From assembly GCA_002633005.1 (NCBI GenBank), contig NMRA01000281.1, positions 17,123 to 81,122 of the forward strand: a DNA stretch of 64,000 nucleotides, in the 5' to 3' direction. Positions 1-12,056 of the stretch are shown here, piece after piece (the stretch's first letter is position 1; every line of letters starts with the position of its first letter). The DNA is from Phoronis australis. Lineage: Eukaryota; Animalia; Phoronida. The notes under the pieces were generated by a model. That model was not told the origin of the DNA and made no database searches. It saw nothing but the letters and a program-made list of their open reading frames with translations. A program made the position numbers and the translations under genes.

Positions 1-1673
1 CATTAGATTCACCATCTAACACAAGTATTTGCTGTTTGATTTTCTTTATTAATTTAATAGAACTCACAATATATTCCATAGTTCAAAATTTGCAATTTTT
101 AGACCCCGCTGCACCTCATAAAAAGGTGCCCTTATCTATTTTTATAATATTTTGAAGCATTTCACAATTAACAACACTCAAGCAAGAGTGTCTCTCAAAA
201 AATTCCAAGTTCCTAAGTATGGCGATCTGAAAAATAACAAACACTTGATTTATTGAATTGTCCTCTCCAATACGCAAAAACTGCTGTGGAATCGCCCAAT
301 TGGTGTCCTACTGTATAACTGTACATGTGAACCTACAATATGTGTCACGATAATAAACTGCGCAGTAATTGCATGCCTTGTACTGGCTGTTAAGCCATTA
401 AAAAACAATGCTTAACTGTAGAAAATAAACAATGATGTCACTGCGCAAAGTTGAAACGAGAGATATTGGTTGGTAAGTTGTTCTGAAGCTAGTGCAGATT
501 CCAGTTTAGGGTAGCGTGATAAGCGTTCCGGGCTCAAGTCGCAGCGTAAATACAGCAAGAACAAATACTGAAGGAAGGAAACAGATGTAATATGATCACA
601 ATTTTTAGTTGACATTAGTATTTGGTATTTGAGATGCACCGTACGAGGGTGTGCAAAGTCGCCCCAGTCGCCCTACTGGTCAAATTTCACTCGCGCTATT
701 GTAATAAGTTGACTGATAGACTTTGCCCAGGTGATGTGCACAGAGGCGCATGCGCACTATTTTAGTGATATACATATATATGGGCATGTATGCGCAATTA
801 CAAATGTGCACATACGGAGTTTGTGGATTTGAAACAAAGACTGTTTGCAGTCATATTGGAAGATTCAATGTCTTCATTGAAGTCGTAGTGGAAGTAGTCT
901 CTGAGAAAGCAGGAATGAAAAACTAACAACAATTCTACAAAAGAATGTCACACAGCGCCGATTAGAGTATCATTGTCAAGCAGTGAAGTACATGCGCATG
1001 TAATATACAATTAAGTTGACTAATTAATTTTGCAAGCGTTTTATTATACNTAAACATGTGGATTGGTTTTGCACTGCTTTCCATAGGCTTAGCAGCAAGC
1101 ACTTCGGATTGAAGTCTCTCAATTTCTTTAAAAGAACAGAGCCGCGCCGGCACTCATTTTCGTGTCCATTGTATGAATCAACTGAATGTTGAGAAGTCCG
1201 AGAAAACAGCGGTCGCAATATCTGGCGATTACGATTGAAAACGTGCAAAATATTACTTCGTTTTATTTAAGGGAACGTTCTCGTTTTACGGCAGAAAAAC
1301 GCATTTTTGTGATAATGAGATATGCATTTGAAGTCATTGGCTTTGGCCGGAGCTATTAAATAATAACAACCCTCGTGTTTTGCAATTTTATTACAAATCA
1401 CCAATTCTCGCCGTTTTCTGTCAGACATCCGTTGATTTCGCTCAAAAGTAATTCTGACCAAAAATCTATCATTTATGCCCAGAAGAGAGCATTGCGAGTA
1501 CTCTTATGCGCATCACACATCACAATAACTAAAAAGCGAAAAACTTGGTCCGAGGCAAACATAGTATTTACGTCAGGTCGCATGATTTCGCTACGAAAAC
1601 CCCGTTAATGGACTTTAAAAGGTGGGAGAAATAAAAGATTATTCTGTGCGGTCCGCAATTTAACTCCTGTTGT

Positions 1674-1942
1674 ATGGGCGCACCAAGGGGGGAGGGCTCG
1701 GGAAGCTCAAACGAGCCTCCCAATTTGGCGTCGTGCGCAAAAAGGTCCGTCTCGGCGAAACAAAATGTCCGAGTAAACCAGACAAAAGTCCACAACGTCC
1801 ACAGAAATTCTGCGCGGATGCACAAATCGTAGGCCTGAACCGATTGCCCCGGGTTTTTTTTAGTACTCGTGGATTTTTGCCAGTAAAAGGTCATCATATC
1901 GATTAATTCGAGCCCCCCCTATATTTTAGGCTGGGTGCGCGC
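1674..1942. mobile_element. MITE family A copy
   Basis: Same internal blocks and the ending TATATTTTAGGCTGGGTGCGCGC. Confidence 0.7.
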
Positions 1943-4533
1943 GGGTGCCACTACAACGATCGAAGTCGCGCGAGTTAAAATTGGAAAGGAACACGCTCCA
2001 CATCTGCGACAACTCCTCGCGTGATGGCCTTGCTTGAACCAGTCACAGCGCACAGATTTTAATTTGATTTGATCTGGACTGTTTTGTTTACTTCCTTTAA
2101 AAAGAACGAGTACTCATTTAATTGTTGTACGACAAACCATGCGTTGATTCGCGAATTGCGGTCGTCTTTTTAGAATTCATTGGGACTATAAGATTCTCAA
2201 TGTGTGGTGATACTCTAAAATACAGACGAAACCTTTCTCTGTCTGCTCAAAATTCTTGAGCCGCCGTCTTTCGTTGATAGGATGCACCTATCAACGTCGA
2301 AACACTATAATTCATCTTTAAATCAAATAGATCAACGGCAGCATTTCCTCGTTGTCGATCAGTTAGAAAGTTTAGTGATGACGTAGGCCCAACTGCCTCG
2401 TGGATTTTGGAGAATTTTCGCCTTCGTGGCTAAGCCCCGCGTGCGATAATTCTCCAAAATCATCCACTCGGGCTCTAGATTACCGAAGATAACGACTTCG
2501 CCATGTAATAATCCATATGTATACAACATCCGTATTTTCACTTATTATACCTGTATGAAATAAGTAATGTTATAACTTTGGTCTTGTTTACTCCATGTGG
2601 TCACGCGAAGGTGAGCAAAAACACGCGATTCCAAAAACATTCATTCGACAAGGAACTCCTTTCATATTTTATCAATGGGCTTATTTATTGACTACAAATC
2701 GAGTTCACAATATCGAACTCCTTTATCTCATAAACTCGGTAGTTACTGAAATTGCACACTTGCAGCATCCACAAATCATTGTTTGTGTATTCATTTGTTG
2801 CTGCAATTGCAAGCTTGTAGATCATTTGCAGTGTTCTATGGCCAATTTTGAAATGTGAACTTCGACACGACGGGCTACATAATTCTGCAATGCAAGTACA
2901 GGAAATACTGTAGTTTTGACGACGTATTGTGTTGGCTTCTTTTAAGGGGGTTCTGGCATCAAGCGGATATCAGCCGGAGCCTCACTTATATGGACTGGTC
3001 AGTTAGGTTGCTGTCTACCTTCTGACACAGCGCCACCTATACTGAAAAGTGGAAACATGATGAAAGGCACACGAAATTCCGTGTGCGGGCATCAATGCGC
3101 ATGCTTGATCGGAGTTTATCGATCTCATACCCACCACTTTCACACGTCTTCTATGCTCTGCAGTTGTTTGGGCTTTGTCAAGGGATAGGTGTTCCCTTGA
3201 TTTCCATTACTTCAATCACTGCCCGTTTTAATAAATTGTAACTATTCAAATCAAATGTGGTCGCCATACTACTAACAGTAAACTGAAAAGGGTTTCCCAG
3301 ATTTCAACCAACATGGGAATGACTGAATGTTATGACGTCGGTCTCATTACTTTAACCAATGAGAAGCCATGATAAAAACATTTAACAGTGCTACCTTTCG
3401 TAGCACTGTGAAAGAGTGTAGTTGCCATAGACATTAAGATGTCTATGGTAGTTGCTGACATGCAACAATCAATAGCGCCCCATCTGGCGGTGACTGGTAA
3501 AGCGATAAAATGGACAGAGTTCATTTACGATCGTAACGGAAAACCAACGTCTAGGTCAGACAAAAAAATAACATGACATGGTCATCACAATCAATACAAA
3601 GTGACCATTTATGCTTTTGATATTAACTGAATGAAAAACGTTACAATCAACTCTTATTGTAGAGAACAAATTATGTTACCAAGAAGCCTGTGCCCGGTTG
3701 CATAAAACAGTCCTTGAATAAAGACTCGGTTAAGTTCCCTAAATCTTTTGCGTATTTGTTTCTTTATTCACTCACAGATGTGATATTTTCTATCATTTTC
3801 TCTTGATGAGCTCCTCTTTGACTAATGACATTTTCTAATAATATAACTAAGAAGCGAGCTTTTAATTAAGACATAATAATTAAGGACTTAGTCCTTTAAA
3901 GTCGGTGTGTTGCACAAACAAATCCCTATTTGTTTTCAATAATACTGGCCATTCAACTTGTACTTTCCTCTTGATTTGTATCAAAGTAAAAGAGTGACTT
4001 GGTCATGAGACTCAAACAGCATCAGAAAGGACATCCAATGTTTTCACAGGCCGACAAATACGCAGCAGATTTAGGGAACTTAGTTGAATCCTATTTGGGA
4101 CTCTTTCAGGCAGCCGGTCACTGGTCTCTGCCCGCTAGAAATCGGGTATGTAAGGCCACTGCACCAAGGTACTATAGATAACAATTAAAAGATCTGTTTC
4201 TATTTTGTTTGTCTGCAGTAGATATTTTAACACTTGGTGCAGTAGATTTGTTCATGAGAAATGCTCATTCTGTGGGGGATGCGAAACCTTCAAAAGAGAA
4301 CGTTTCATGTCCTAAGACTGATAAACTCTACGGTTGTTTCACTCTAGTTAGAGTGTTGTAAAATAAATTAATTTTAGGTTCCCTGAAGTACATAAAAACT
4401 TCATTAGTCCAAGAAAAACTATTTTTATACTTATTTCCGGGTATTTTAGTATCTGTGACACACTGCACAGTATATACACACAACAGCAACAACTCTGTTT
4501 AACAATGCTACTACTGTAAATGTATGCATGTAG

Positions 4534-4713
4534 GCGCAGACACAACCAAAGAGGACGGAATCTACAGCGCGTATTTCTTCAACTTCGATGGAGACGGCGG
4601 ATATGCGGTTAAGGTCAAAGTTCAAGACAGCACAGGAAATGCCCGTGTGAAGTCATCAAAGTCTTCCGGAGAACAGAGTGCAGTGGATGTCTGTTTCATG
4701 GAAGGAAGTTGTA
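4534..4713 (+). CDS. CLCA: CLCA-like exon (GAD..DGIYS motif)
   Basis: tag acceptor at 4531-4533, gtaagt donor at 4714; phase 1 at both ends. Confidence 0.85.
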
Positions 4714-7700
4714 GTAAGTGCTACAGTAGTTTTCAAAATAAACTGCCTGGGTTTCGTCACAACTCTATCCCCTGAAAATCTTGTCAGAATTATTTGATGG
4801 TTTAGCCGAAAATTTGTCACCCTAAAATGGACTTTGATGCAACGTATCTTGTTTACTCCTCAGTGCTTGACGCTTAGCTGAACAACGCCAAGTCGAAAAT
4901 CCTTGGTCGCTAAATGAAATCTGAGGTCGCCACATGAAATTTGCGTATTCCCGGCGTGGTTGGAGCTTGTAATTGTCTTCTTTACTAAACAGCGCTTTGC
5001 CAAAAATTCTCGTTAAACTCGCTTTACTTCACATGCACGCGCATCCAGCCTAAAAATGGCTAGACTTTATGAGAATCTGGACCTTTTACTAAAAAAGCTA
5101 TGAATTCTGGTAGTTCCAGCCTTTTAGACTTCTGTCTTTCATCTCGTTTTCTACGGACCTTATTGCCAACTTAGCCCCCTCCCCCCGGGTGCGCGCATGC
5201 TCCATCATGTAAGAAACAACTTGATTTGGACCAATTCATTGCCGTTATGAAATTGCCCTCAAAGTGTTGAATATAATGTCAGGGCTTGGAAAAACTGACA
5301 CTAATTCGTTATTCCTTGACAACAGGCACTACAATTGACCTGGTTACATGTATGTTACAAACATAGTCTCTCATCTAATAACGAACTGTCAGCTCTTCGC
5401 AAACTCAGAAATCAGTGAGGAAGGAACCATTAGACAGGTTTTGCTGTGCATGATGGTCTAAACCAAAAGTTCACCGCTGGACGTAACGTGGGTATATACT
5501 GTAGTCGCTTTAAAGAAGTATTTCAATTTTTTTATAGCGTGACTTATCGTGCTTTGTGAACCCGTATACAGGTACTCCCCAAGTTGTTCCGGTTTATACC
5601 CCCGTCAGTCAAGTATCTCGCGTGGCTACAGCTGGCTCCTTTCAAGTCATCAACCAACCAGCGCCATCTGTTGGCGGGACGGTTCAAGATCTTTACGGAC
5701 CAGACCAAATCACAGATTTAGTTGTAAGTTTCTTCGGCAAGTGAAGCCGCCAAATACATCGAATATCTTTGTCTCCTTCAGCCTTTCATTGATTGTGGTG
5801 TAGGGCTCGTAAAATCAAATTATGGTCCACCGGCGCATGCGCGCACCCAGGTGGGGCTCGTATGAGCCCCCTATTTGGCGAAATGGGCAAAAAGGTCCAC
5901 ACGCGAGAAACACAAAGTCCGAGAAAATGAGACAAAATTCCGCTAAACAAGTACAAACGCGCAATTCACAGTGGTGCGTCCTCTTTTTTTTAGTTCGCCG
6001 GCTGTTTTGTTACCAAAAGGTCCACAGCGTTAGGAATACGAGCCCCCCATATTGAAGGCTGGGTGCGCGCATGCGGCGGATTGTACAAATGGGCACCGGA
6101 TGAGACAGCCACACACTCAGCGTCGAAAGTGAATCTTGCCGACCAAACTCAAGGCCTCATTTAAGATTATGTAAAGCCTTATTGACAAGTCTGTCACACA
6201 GTGTGTGTTTAGCTAAATATATACAAAACGTTTTGTTTTAACTCACAAAAACTGTAATAGAAAACCTGCAGAATTTGATTTTATACCTATCTGCCATTAA
6301 TTGCGTGACGTAGCTGTAATGTACAGCCATACTAAAACAACGGCATCAATAACCTGATCACGTTTTGTTTCACAAAAATATTAAAATCTCAAAAAAACGC
6401 CGTTGGCAGTAGTTTTCTAAATGATTTCGTTTTTGTTTCATGAAAGTTTTGATCATTTGATAAAAATATAGAAGTNNNNNNNNNNNNNNNNNNNNNNNNN
6501 NNNNNNNNNNNNNNNNNNNNNNNNNNNNNNNNNNNNNNNNNNNNNNNNNNNNNNNNNNNNNNNNNNNNNNNNNNNNNNNNNNNNNNNNNNNNNNNNNNNN
6601 NNNNNNNNNNNNNNNNNNNNNNNNNNNNNNNNNNNNNNNNNNNNNNNNNNNNNNNNNNNNNNNNNNNNNNNNNNNNNNNNNNNNNNNNNNNNNNNNNNNN
6701 NNNNNNNNNNNNNNNNNNNNNNNNNNNNNNNNNNNNNNNNNNNNNNNNNNNNNNNNNNNNNNNNNNNNNNNNNNNNNNNNNNNNNNNNNNNNNNNNNNNN
6801 NNNNNNNNNNNNNNNNNNNNNNNNNNNNNNNNNNNNNNNNNNNNNNNNNNNNNNNNNNNNNNNNNNNNNNNNNNNNNNNNNNNNNNNNNNNNNNNNNNNN
6901 NNNNNNNNNNNNNNNNNNNNNNNNNNNNNNNNNNNNNNNNNNNNNNNNNNNNNNNNNNNNNNNNNNNNNNNNNNNNNNNNNNNNNNNNNNNNNNNNNNNN
7001 NNNNNNNNNNNNNNNNNNNNNNNNNNNNNNNNNNNNNNNNNNNNNNNNNNNNNNNNNNNNNNNNNNNNNNNNNNNNNNNNNNNNNNNNNNNNNNNNNNNN
7101 NNNNNNNNNNNNNNNNNNNNNNNNNNNNNNNNNNNNNNNNNNNNNNNNNNNNNNNNNNNNNNNNNNNNNNNNNNNNNNNNNNNNNNNNNNNNNNNTTTTT
7201 GAGCAATTTTGTTGAATCACTGGTGCCTCCACGGAGTTTGTGATTGCGAGTTGGGTGCGAAATTGGCGACAACGACAGGGGCTAAAGTGGTGGCGATGGA
7301 GAGGAATGTGACTAAGACCGAAGGGCAAATGTTTGTTGATGTCAAATTGATTTGCGTCCCCTTCGTAGTAATATCTATCTGCTGTTGGAGAGGGTGTAGC
7401 AAGTGGTTATCGATCGGGTGTCTATTAGGATGACGGGGATTAAAATCCGGGAGAAAATAGGCGGCGGCTCATCGCGGATGCGAAACTGGAATCGACCAGC
7501 ATGGGGTTGGTTTCACATTCGCCCCCCACTATAAACCAAACCTTCTCAAACCTGTGATTATAACTTCGGGTGTCAGATGTGTGTTTTGAATATGTTAATC
7601 AAATTGCGTTTTGATGTCTTGTTCGCACCATATTTGTTTAGGTTACCCAGTTAAAGTACGAGTCGACAACAATAACCCTACAATGGACGGCTGTTGGAGA

Positions 7701-9399
7701 TGATTTGGTTCAAGGCCAAGGTAATAATGGAATCGGTGGTTACGTTGAAAGTTCATGAGCGGCGCAGCACTGAAAAAAGTAGGAGCTATAGCACCCCCCC
7801 GCACCCCTGTGGTGCACGGCCCATAGATCATGGACTGTGCAGCACCTAAAAAAGTTGGGGACCATATCCCCGCAGCCCCCTATTGTGCACCGCCCACGAA
7901 GTTCAATAAAATTCATCGCTCAACTGTAGATCATAATGTACTTACAAGGGGAAGTCACAAGTTTCAAATGAATTGGGCTAGGTTGCGGTAGGATTTCTAG
8001 CTGTTCTCTGTAGGTTTGTCTTTTAGATATGTGGCACGGTAAATTAAGCAGGTACCCCCAACGGTCATTATTCATAGGAAGATTACGTGCAGTCTTGAAC
8101 AGCCTTGGCTGTGTATTTCAAGAATATACATGTATGTTTTTGTAGCAGGAGCCACTAGTAAATTTCAGTCAGTTCCAAGGGTCCAATGTTTATTTTAGAA
8201 ATGAAATAGGAAACTCATTGTCTCAGCTGTCAGTTGTATCTTATCAACGATAACAACCGCGTACAAAGATCTTCCTTGCGAGAATGAAGCTGATCATGAA
8301 TGGGGTGAGAAATAAGTGGCATACGGCAACGTTCCATGTGCAGGTATACATTATTTGAGGTCCGTTTTACCAAAAGCCGCACGCCCGAAAGTAGCTAATT
8401 ACGGGCGATCTTATTAACACGTTTTAATAAGCGAAGCGTCGCAGTTGACCAATTCCGGGTTATCTGCTAAGGGACATGTAATTAAGTTGCATCTTTGGTT
8501 TCTGTATAAAGTACGGGTGTTCGGGTCCTCTCTCGTCTCCAATTGAGCTACTCAACAGTTGCGGCTTCGAGGGCATTCCTTGAAACTAAAAAAGCCGCAG
8601 CTCAGGGCCTCGCACAATTTAGGGGCGTCGTCTCATCGTCCGGGGGGAGCTGGAAAGTAGTGGAGACCAGAGGGATCAGTGAAAATTGGGGCCTCGCCTC
8701 ATCGTAACATGGTTCCTTTGAAAGTTGTGGCGACAGCGGCAGTTTAGTTTCAAAAAATTTGGCCAAAGGGGAGAATTGCAAGGTCTAGTGCACACTGACT
8801 TTGTATAGTTTTTCATATTCAAAACAAAATCGATCGTTTTAGCAGACCTATATTAACCATGTAAATGCTCACTATCTTGTCATACATGTATTACAGCAAC
8901 TCGATACGACCTTCGATTCCATTCAAGCCTGCAATCACTGCGGAGCGATTTCTATGCTTGTTCGCCTATTACTCAGTCTATGGTGGTTAGAGGCAACATA
9001 ACGCAACCGAAACCTTCTGGGGAAACAGAGATTTTTGAAATTCGTTTGGAAGCGCTGCAAAAAGAAATTGCGTATTTTGTCGCTGTGCAAGCCGTAGATG
9101 ACGTAAACAAGACTGGAGACATTTCTAACATTGTGCCATTTGCATTCACAACTAAAGAACCGCCTCAAACATTAGGCATTGAACCAGAAACCACGACTCG
9201 GGAAACAGCAACAACTCCACAGAACGAAGCGATCGCGAAGGAACTTGTGTTGGGTGTTGCTCTTGGCTCTGTTGCTCTTGTAGCAGTGGTGGTGGTGATA
9301 ATCATTGCCGTTATCTGCTCTGTAAAGAGATCTTCTAAGTTATCACCAATTAGACAAGTAAATGCTCACGATAATCCGACGTACAACGTACCTGTATAG
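4534..9399 (+). CDS. CLCA: Calcium-activated chloride channel regulator (CLCA)-like protein, 3' part (spliced; 5' exons outside the window or not found)
   Basis: Exons 4534-4713 (GADTTKEDGIYSAYF..F..GGYAVKV, matches CLCA GAD..K.DGIYSRYF), 5572 (or 5538)-5723 (SRVATAGSFQV...DLYGPDQITDL, matches SRTSSGGSF...DLFPPGQITDL) and 8897-9399 (YDLR..SL..LR.DF; PKPSGETEIF; YFVAVQAVDD.NKTG.ISNI; TM helix; stop). GT-AG borders seen. One exon between 5723 and 8897 was not found. Confidence 0.88.
5032..5200. mobile_element. MITE family A copy (inverted, shorter)
   Basis: CATGCACGCGCATCCAGCCTAAAA...GGGTGCGCGCATGC. Confidence 0.6.
5572..5723 (+). CDS. CLCA: CLCA-like exon (SR..GSF / PDQITDL)
   Basis: The acceptor giving start 5572 is phase-compatible with the previous exon. 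A stronger polypyrimidine acceptor giving start 5538 is phase 0. gtaagt donor at 5724. Confidence 0.75.
5835..6074. mobile_element. MITE family A (TIR GCATGCGCGCACCCAG)
   Basis: Perfect 16-bp TIRs; internal blocks GAGCCCCC, AAAAGGTCC and AAAGTCCGAG are shared with the copies near 1674, 5032 and 45877. Confidence 0.8.
6476..7195. other. Assembly gap (N run)
   Basis: 720 N. Confidence 1.
8897..9399 (+). CDS. CLCA: CLCA-like terminal exon: FnIII-like end, T/P/E-rich stalk, TM helix, short tail with NPTY
   Basis: ttacag acceptor at 8891-8896; frame open to TAG at 9397-9399; hydrophobic LVLGVALGSVALVAVVVVIIIAVIC followed by KRSSK. Confidence 0.85.
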
Positions 9400-10223
9400 C
9401 ATTGCATGGATTACAATACATCCAGCCGTTAACCAGTTTCAAAAGCAAATGTTTAGAACGAGACAGCACGTGCGCGAACAATCGGAGGCTTAGTATTTGC
9501 AACTACAAAGACAAAAATAAGTGACTGTTTTCACTGGACTTAAAGCAGTTGTCGCTACCATGTTACAATTGTTATTCTGATATTGAGGTTGTCTTAACTG
9601 TTTGGCAAACCCAAAACCAAGCCACTCAAATACACGCATGTACCGGTATACTACACTGTACGCTTTTTGTGAACCCTACTTGTACTGCACAGTCTCGCTT
9701 CCAGATGAGCAACTTTCCAAGTTCAATGGTTTCCAAGACCCGATGCTATCAGTTACTGTCTGCTCAAGTAGACATATGCAGCCAACGTTATTTCAAAAGT
9801 TTTAACTGATTTGTCTTTAACTGTTTAGCTGTAGCACAAACGACGTGGTATGGATTTCGCAAACTATTGTTTAATTGCAAGATCCATGAGACGGACGTAA
9901 GCGCGTTGCGTGGTTATCACCTATGGGGCACTACCATTGCTTCCCTTTGTTGCGTCTTTGCTGGATATTACAAAACAGGTCTCACGGATATCGTACCTCG
10001 GGCGCCCATTAGCGGGTTAGCGAATAATGCTTACCATAACCTTTATTATAAGAAAGAAAAACAAAGGGAACAATAGATACCCCTATCTACCGGCGTCTAT
10101 GCGACGAGCTTGCGACCTAGTTTCCCGTGGGAACAATAAAACAAAACGTAAAAATTGGTACAGACATTGCTCATATTCGTGTTTTACTTATTTCATATAC
10201 TTCATTTGTGGGACAATAGCACG

Positions 10224-11624
10224 TTATTTAGCGGGAGACCTTCTAGCGTTATACACAATATTTGCCGTTCCACCCCTGCTTTCCATCTCCTCTGCATTGT
10301 CGTCGACGTTGGCAAACATTTCCATATCGGCGTCGGCAACAGCCTCTTGGTATGTTTGGTACTCCGCGACAAGGTCGTTCATGTTTGACTCAGCTTCGGT
10401 AAATTCCATTTCATCCATGCCCTCCCCTGTATACCAATGGAGAAAGGCTTTTCTTCGGTACATAGAAATAAACTGCTCCGATATCCTTTTGAACAGGTCT
10501 TGTATGCACGTGCTGTTGCCAATGAACGTGGCTGACATTCGTAATCCGCGAGGAGGAATATCGCAGACCGCGGTTTTAACGTTGTTGGGAATCCACTCTA
10601 CGAAATAAGTGCTATTCTTCGTCTGCACATTCAGCATTTGTTCATCAACCTCCTTCATGGACATCCTCCCTCGGAATATGACGGCCACTGTGAGATATTT
10701 TCCGTGTCGAGGATCGCAAGCCGCCATCATGTTTTTAGCGTCAAATATCTGCTGGGTCAGTTCTGGGACACTAAGCGCGCGATATGACTGGCAACTACGC
10801 GAGGTCAACGGTGCAAACCCTGGCATGAAGAAGTGCAGTCTCGGGAATGGAACCATATTGACTGCAAGCTTGCGGAGATCAGCGTTGAGTTGGCCAGGGA
10901 ACCGTAAACATGTAGTCACACCTGACATTGTTGCAGACACCAAGTGATTCAAATCTCCATACGTTGGTGTTTTGAGTCTTAGCGTTCGGATGCAAATGTC
11001 ATAGAGAGCTTCATTGTCGATGCAAAACGTTTCGTCGGTGTTTTCAACAAGTTGATGAACCGAAAGGGTGGCGTTATAAGGTTCAACAACAGTATCCGAC
11101 ACTTTGGGAGAGGGCACAACGGAGAAAGTGACCATCATTCTGTCAGAATATTCCTCTCGGATTTTAGCTATGAGAAGAGTTCCCATGCCGGAACCGGTAC
11201 CTCCCCCTAGCGAATGCGCCAACTGAAACCCTTGAAGACAATCGCAGCCCTCAGCTTCCTTGCGCGTCATGTCAAGCAGTGAGTCTATTAGCTCAGCGCC
11301 TTCGGTGTAATGACCTTTCGCCCAGTTGTTACCGGCACCTGATTGTCCAAAAATAAAATTATCTGGTCGAAACAGCCTCCCAAATGGCGCAGCTCGGACG
11401 GCATCCATAGTTCCAGGTTCAAGGTCTACCAGAATGGCTCGGGGAACGTACCTTCCGCCCAATGCTTCGTTGTAATAAACATTGATGCGTTCCAGCTGCA
11501 GATCAGAATCACCGCTGTATCTGCCGTCTGGTGAGATGCCATGTTCATCGGAGATCACTTCCCAAAATTTAGCTCCGATCTGATTACCACACTGGCCGAC
11601 CTGAATGTGCAATATCTCGCGCAT
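10224..11624 (-). CDS. TUBB: Beta-tubulin, intronless, 466 aa, extended tail with a basic tip
   Basis: MREI start, [58 protein letters not shown] in one uninterrupted ORF. Confidence 0.98.
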   Translation of the reverse strand: MREILHIQVGQCGNQIGAKFWEVISDEHGISPDGRYSGDSDLQLERINVYYNEALGGRYVPRAILVDLEPGTMDAVRAAPFGRLFRPDNFIFGQSGAGNNWAKGHYTEGAELIDSLLDMTRKEAEGCDCLQGFQLAHSLGGGTGSGMGTLLIAKIREEYSDRMMVTFSVVPSPKVSDTVVEPYNATLSVHQLVENTDETFCIDNEALYDICIRTLRLKTPTYGDLNHLVSATMSGVTTCLRFPGQLNADLRKLAVNMVPFPRLHFFMPGFAPLTSRSCQSYRALSVPELTQQIFDAKNMMAACDPRHGKYLTVAVIFRGRMSMKEVDEQMLNVQTKNSTYFVEWIPNNVKTAVCDIPPRGLRMSATFIGNSTCIQDLFKRISEQFISMYRRKAFLHWYTGEGMDEMEFTEAESNMNDLVAEYQTYQEAVADADMEMFANVDDNAEEMESRGGTANIVYNARRSPAK

Positions 11625-12056
11625 GATAGAAAAGGCAACGAGAACTACAACAGACCGGCAGCCCCTGTCCAGATGTTTCTATTACGTCACGATTTATTAC
11701 GTCAGACACAGAGTGAAAATAAACATATAGCAGCCACAGACGATAATTTATTGTTATGCGAAGGGTTTGGGAATACATGTAAATAATCCTGACCTTGGGT
11801 GCGTTTCAAAGGAATAATCGTAATAGTCCGAAGTAAATAGCTGGCATTCATTTATTATTTTCTGACAACACTACACGTTTTTTGACATGATCAAGACGTA
11901 CGTCAAAACGTGCAGAGGGAATTTAGAGCTGATGCTGATGGCATACCTATCTATTGCAAATTACAAAATGTTCCCAGGTGACGTAACAATATGATGACGT
12001 GGTAACACCCATGTCGGAAGTCTACCATGCCTGTGTATTGCTCGTAGCTCTTCAAT
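11625..12056. promoter_or_regulatory. Putative bidirectional promoter with mirrored tandem CRE/ATF-like motifs
   Basis: TTACGTCA at 11682-11689 and 11697-11704 (TGACGTAA twice on the - strand); TGACGTAA at 11979-11986 and TGACGTGG at 11995-12002. Each pair lies about 55-80 bp upstream of its own ATG. Confidence 0.6.

Noticed and set aside
6370-7328. 300-aa and 291-aa ORFs
   Set aside because: They are open only because they read through the N gap.
7196-7440. Purine-rich stretch with short ORFs next to the gap
   Set aside because: No recognisable motif or splice-compatible frame for the missing CLCA exon.
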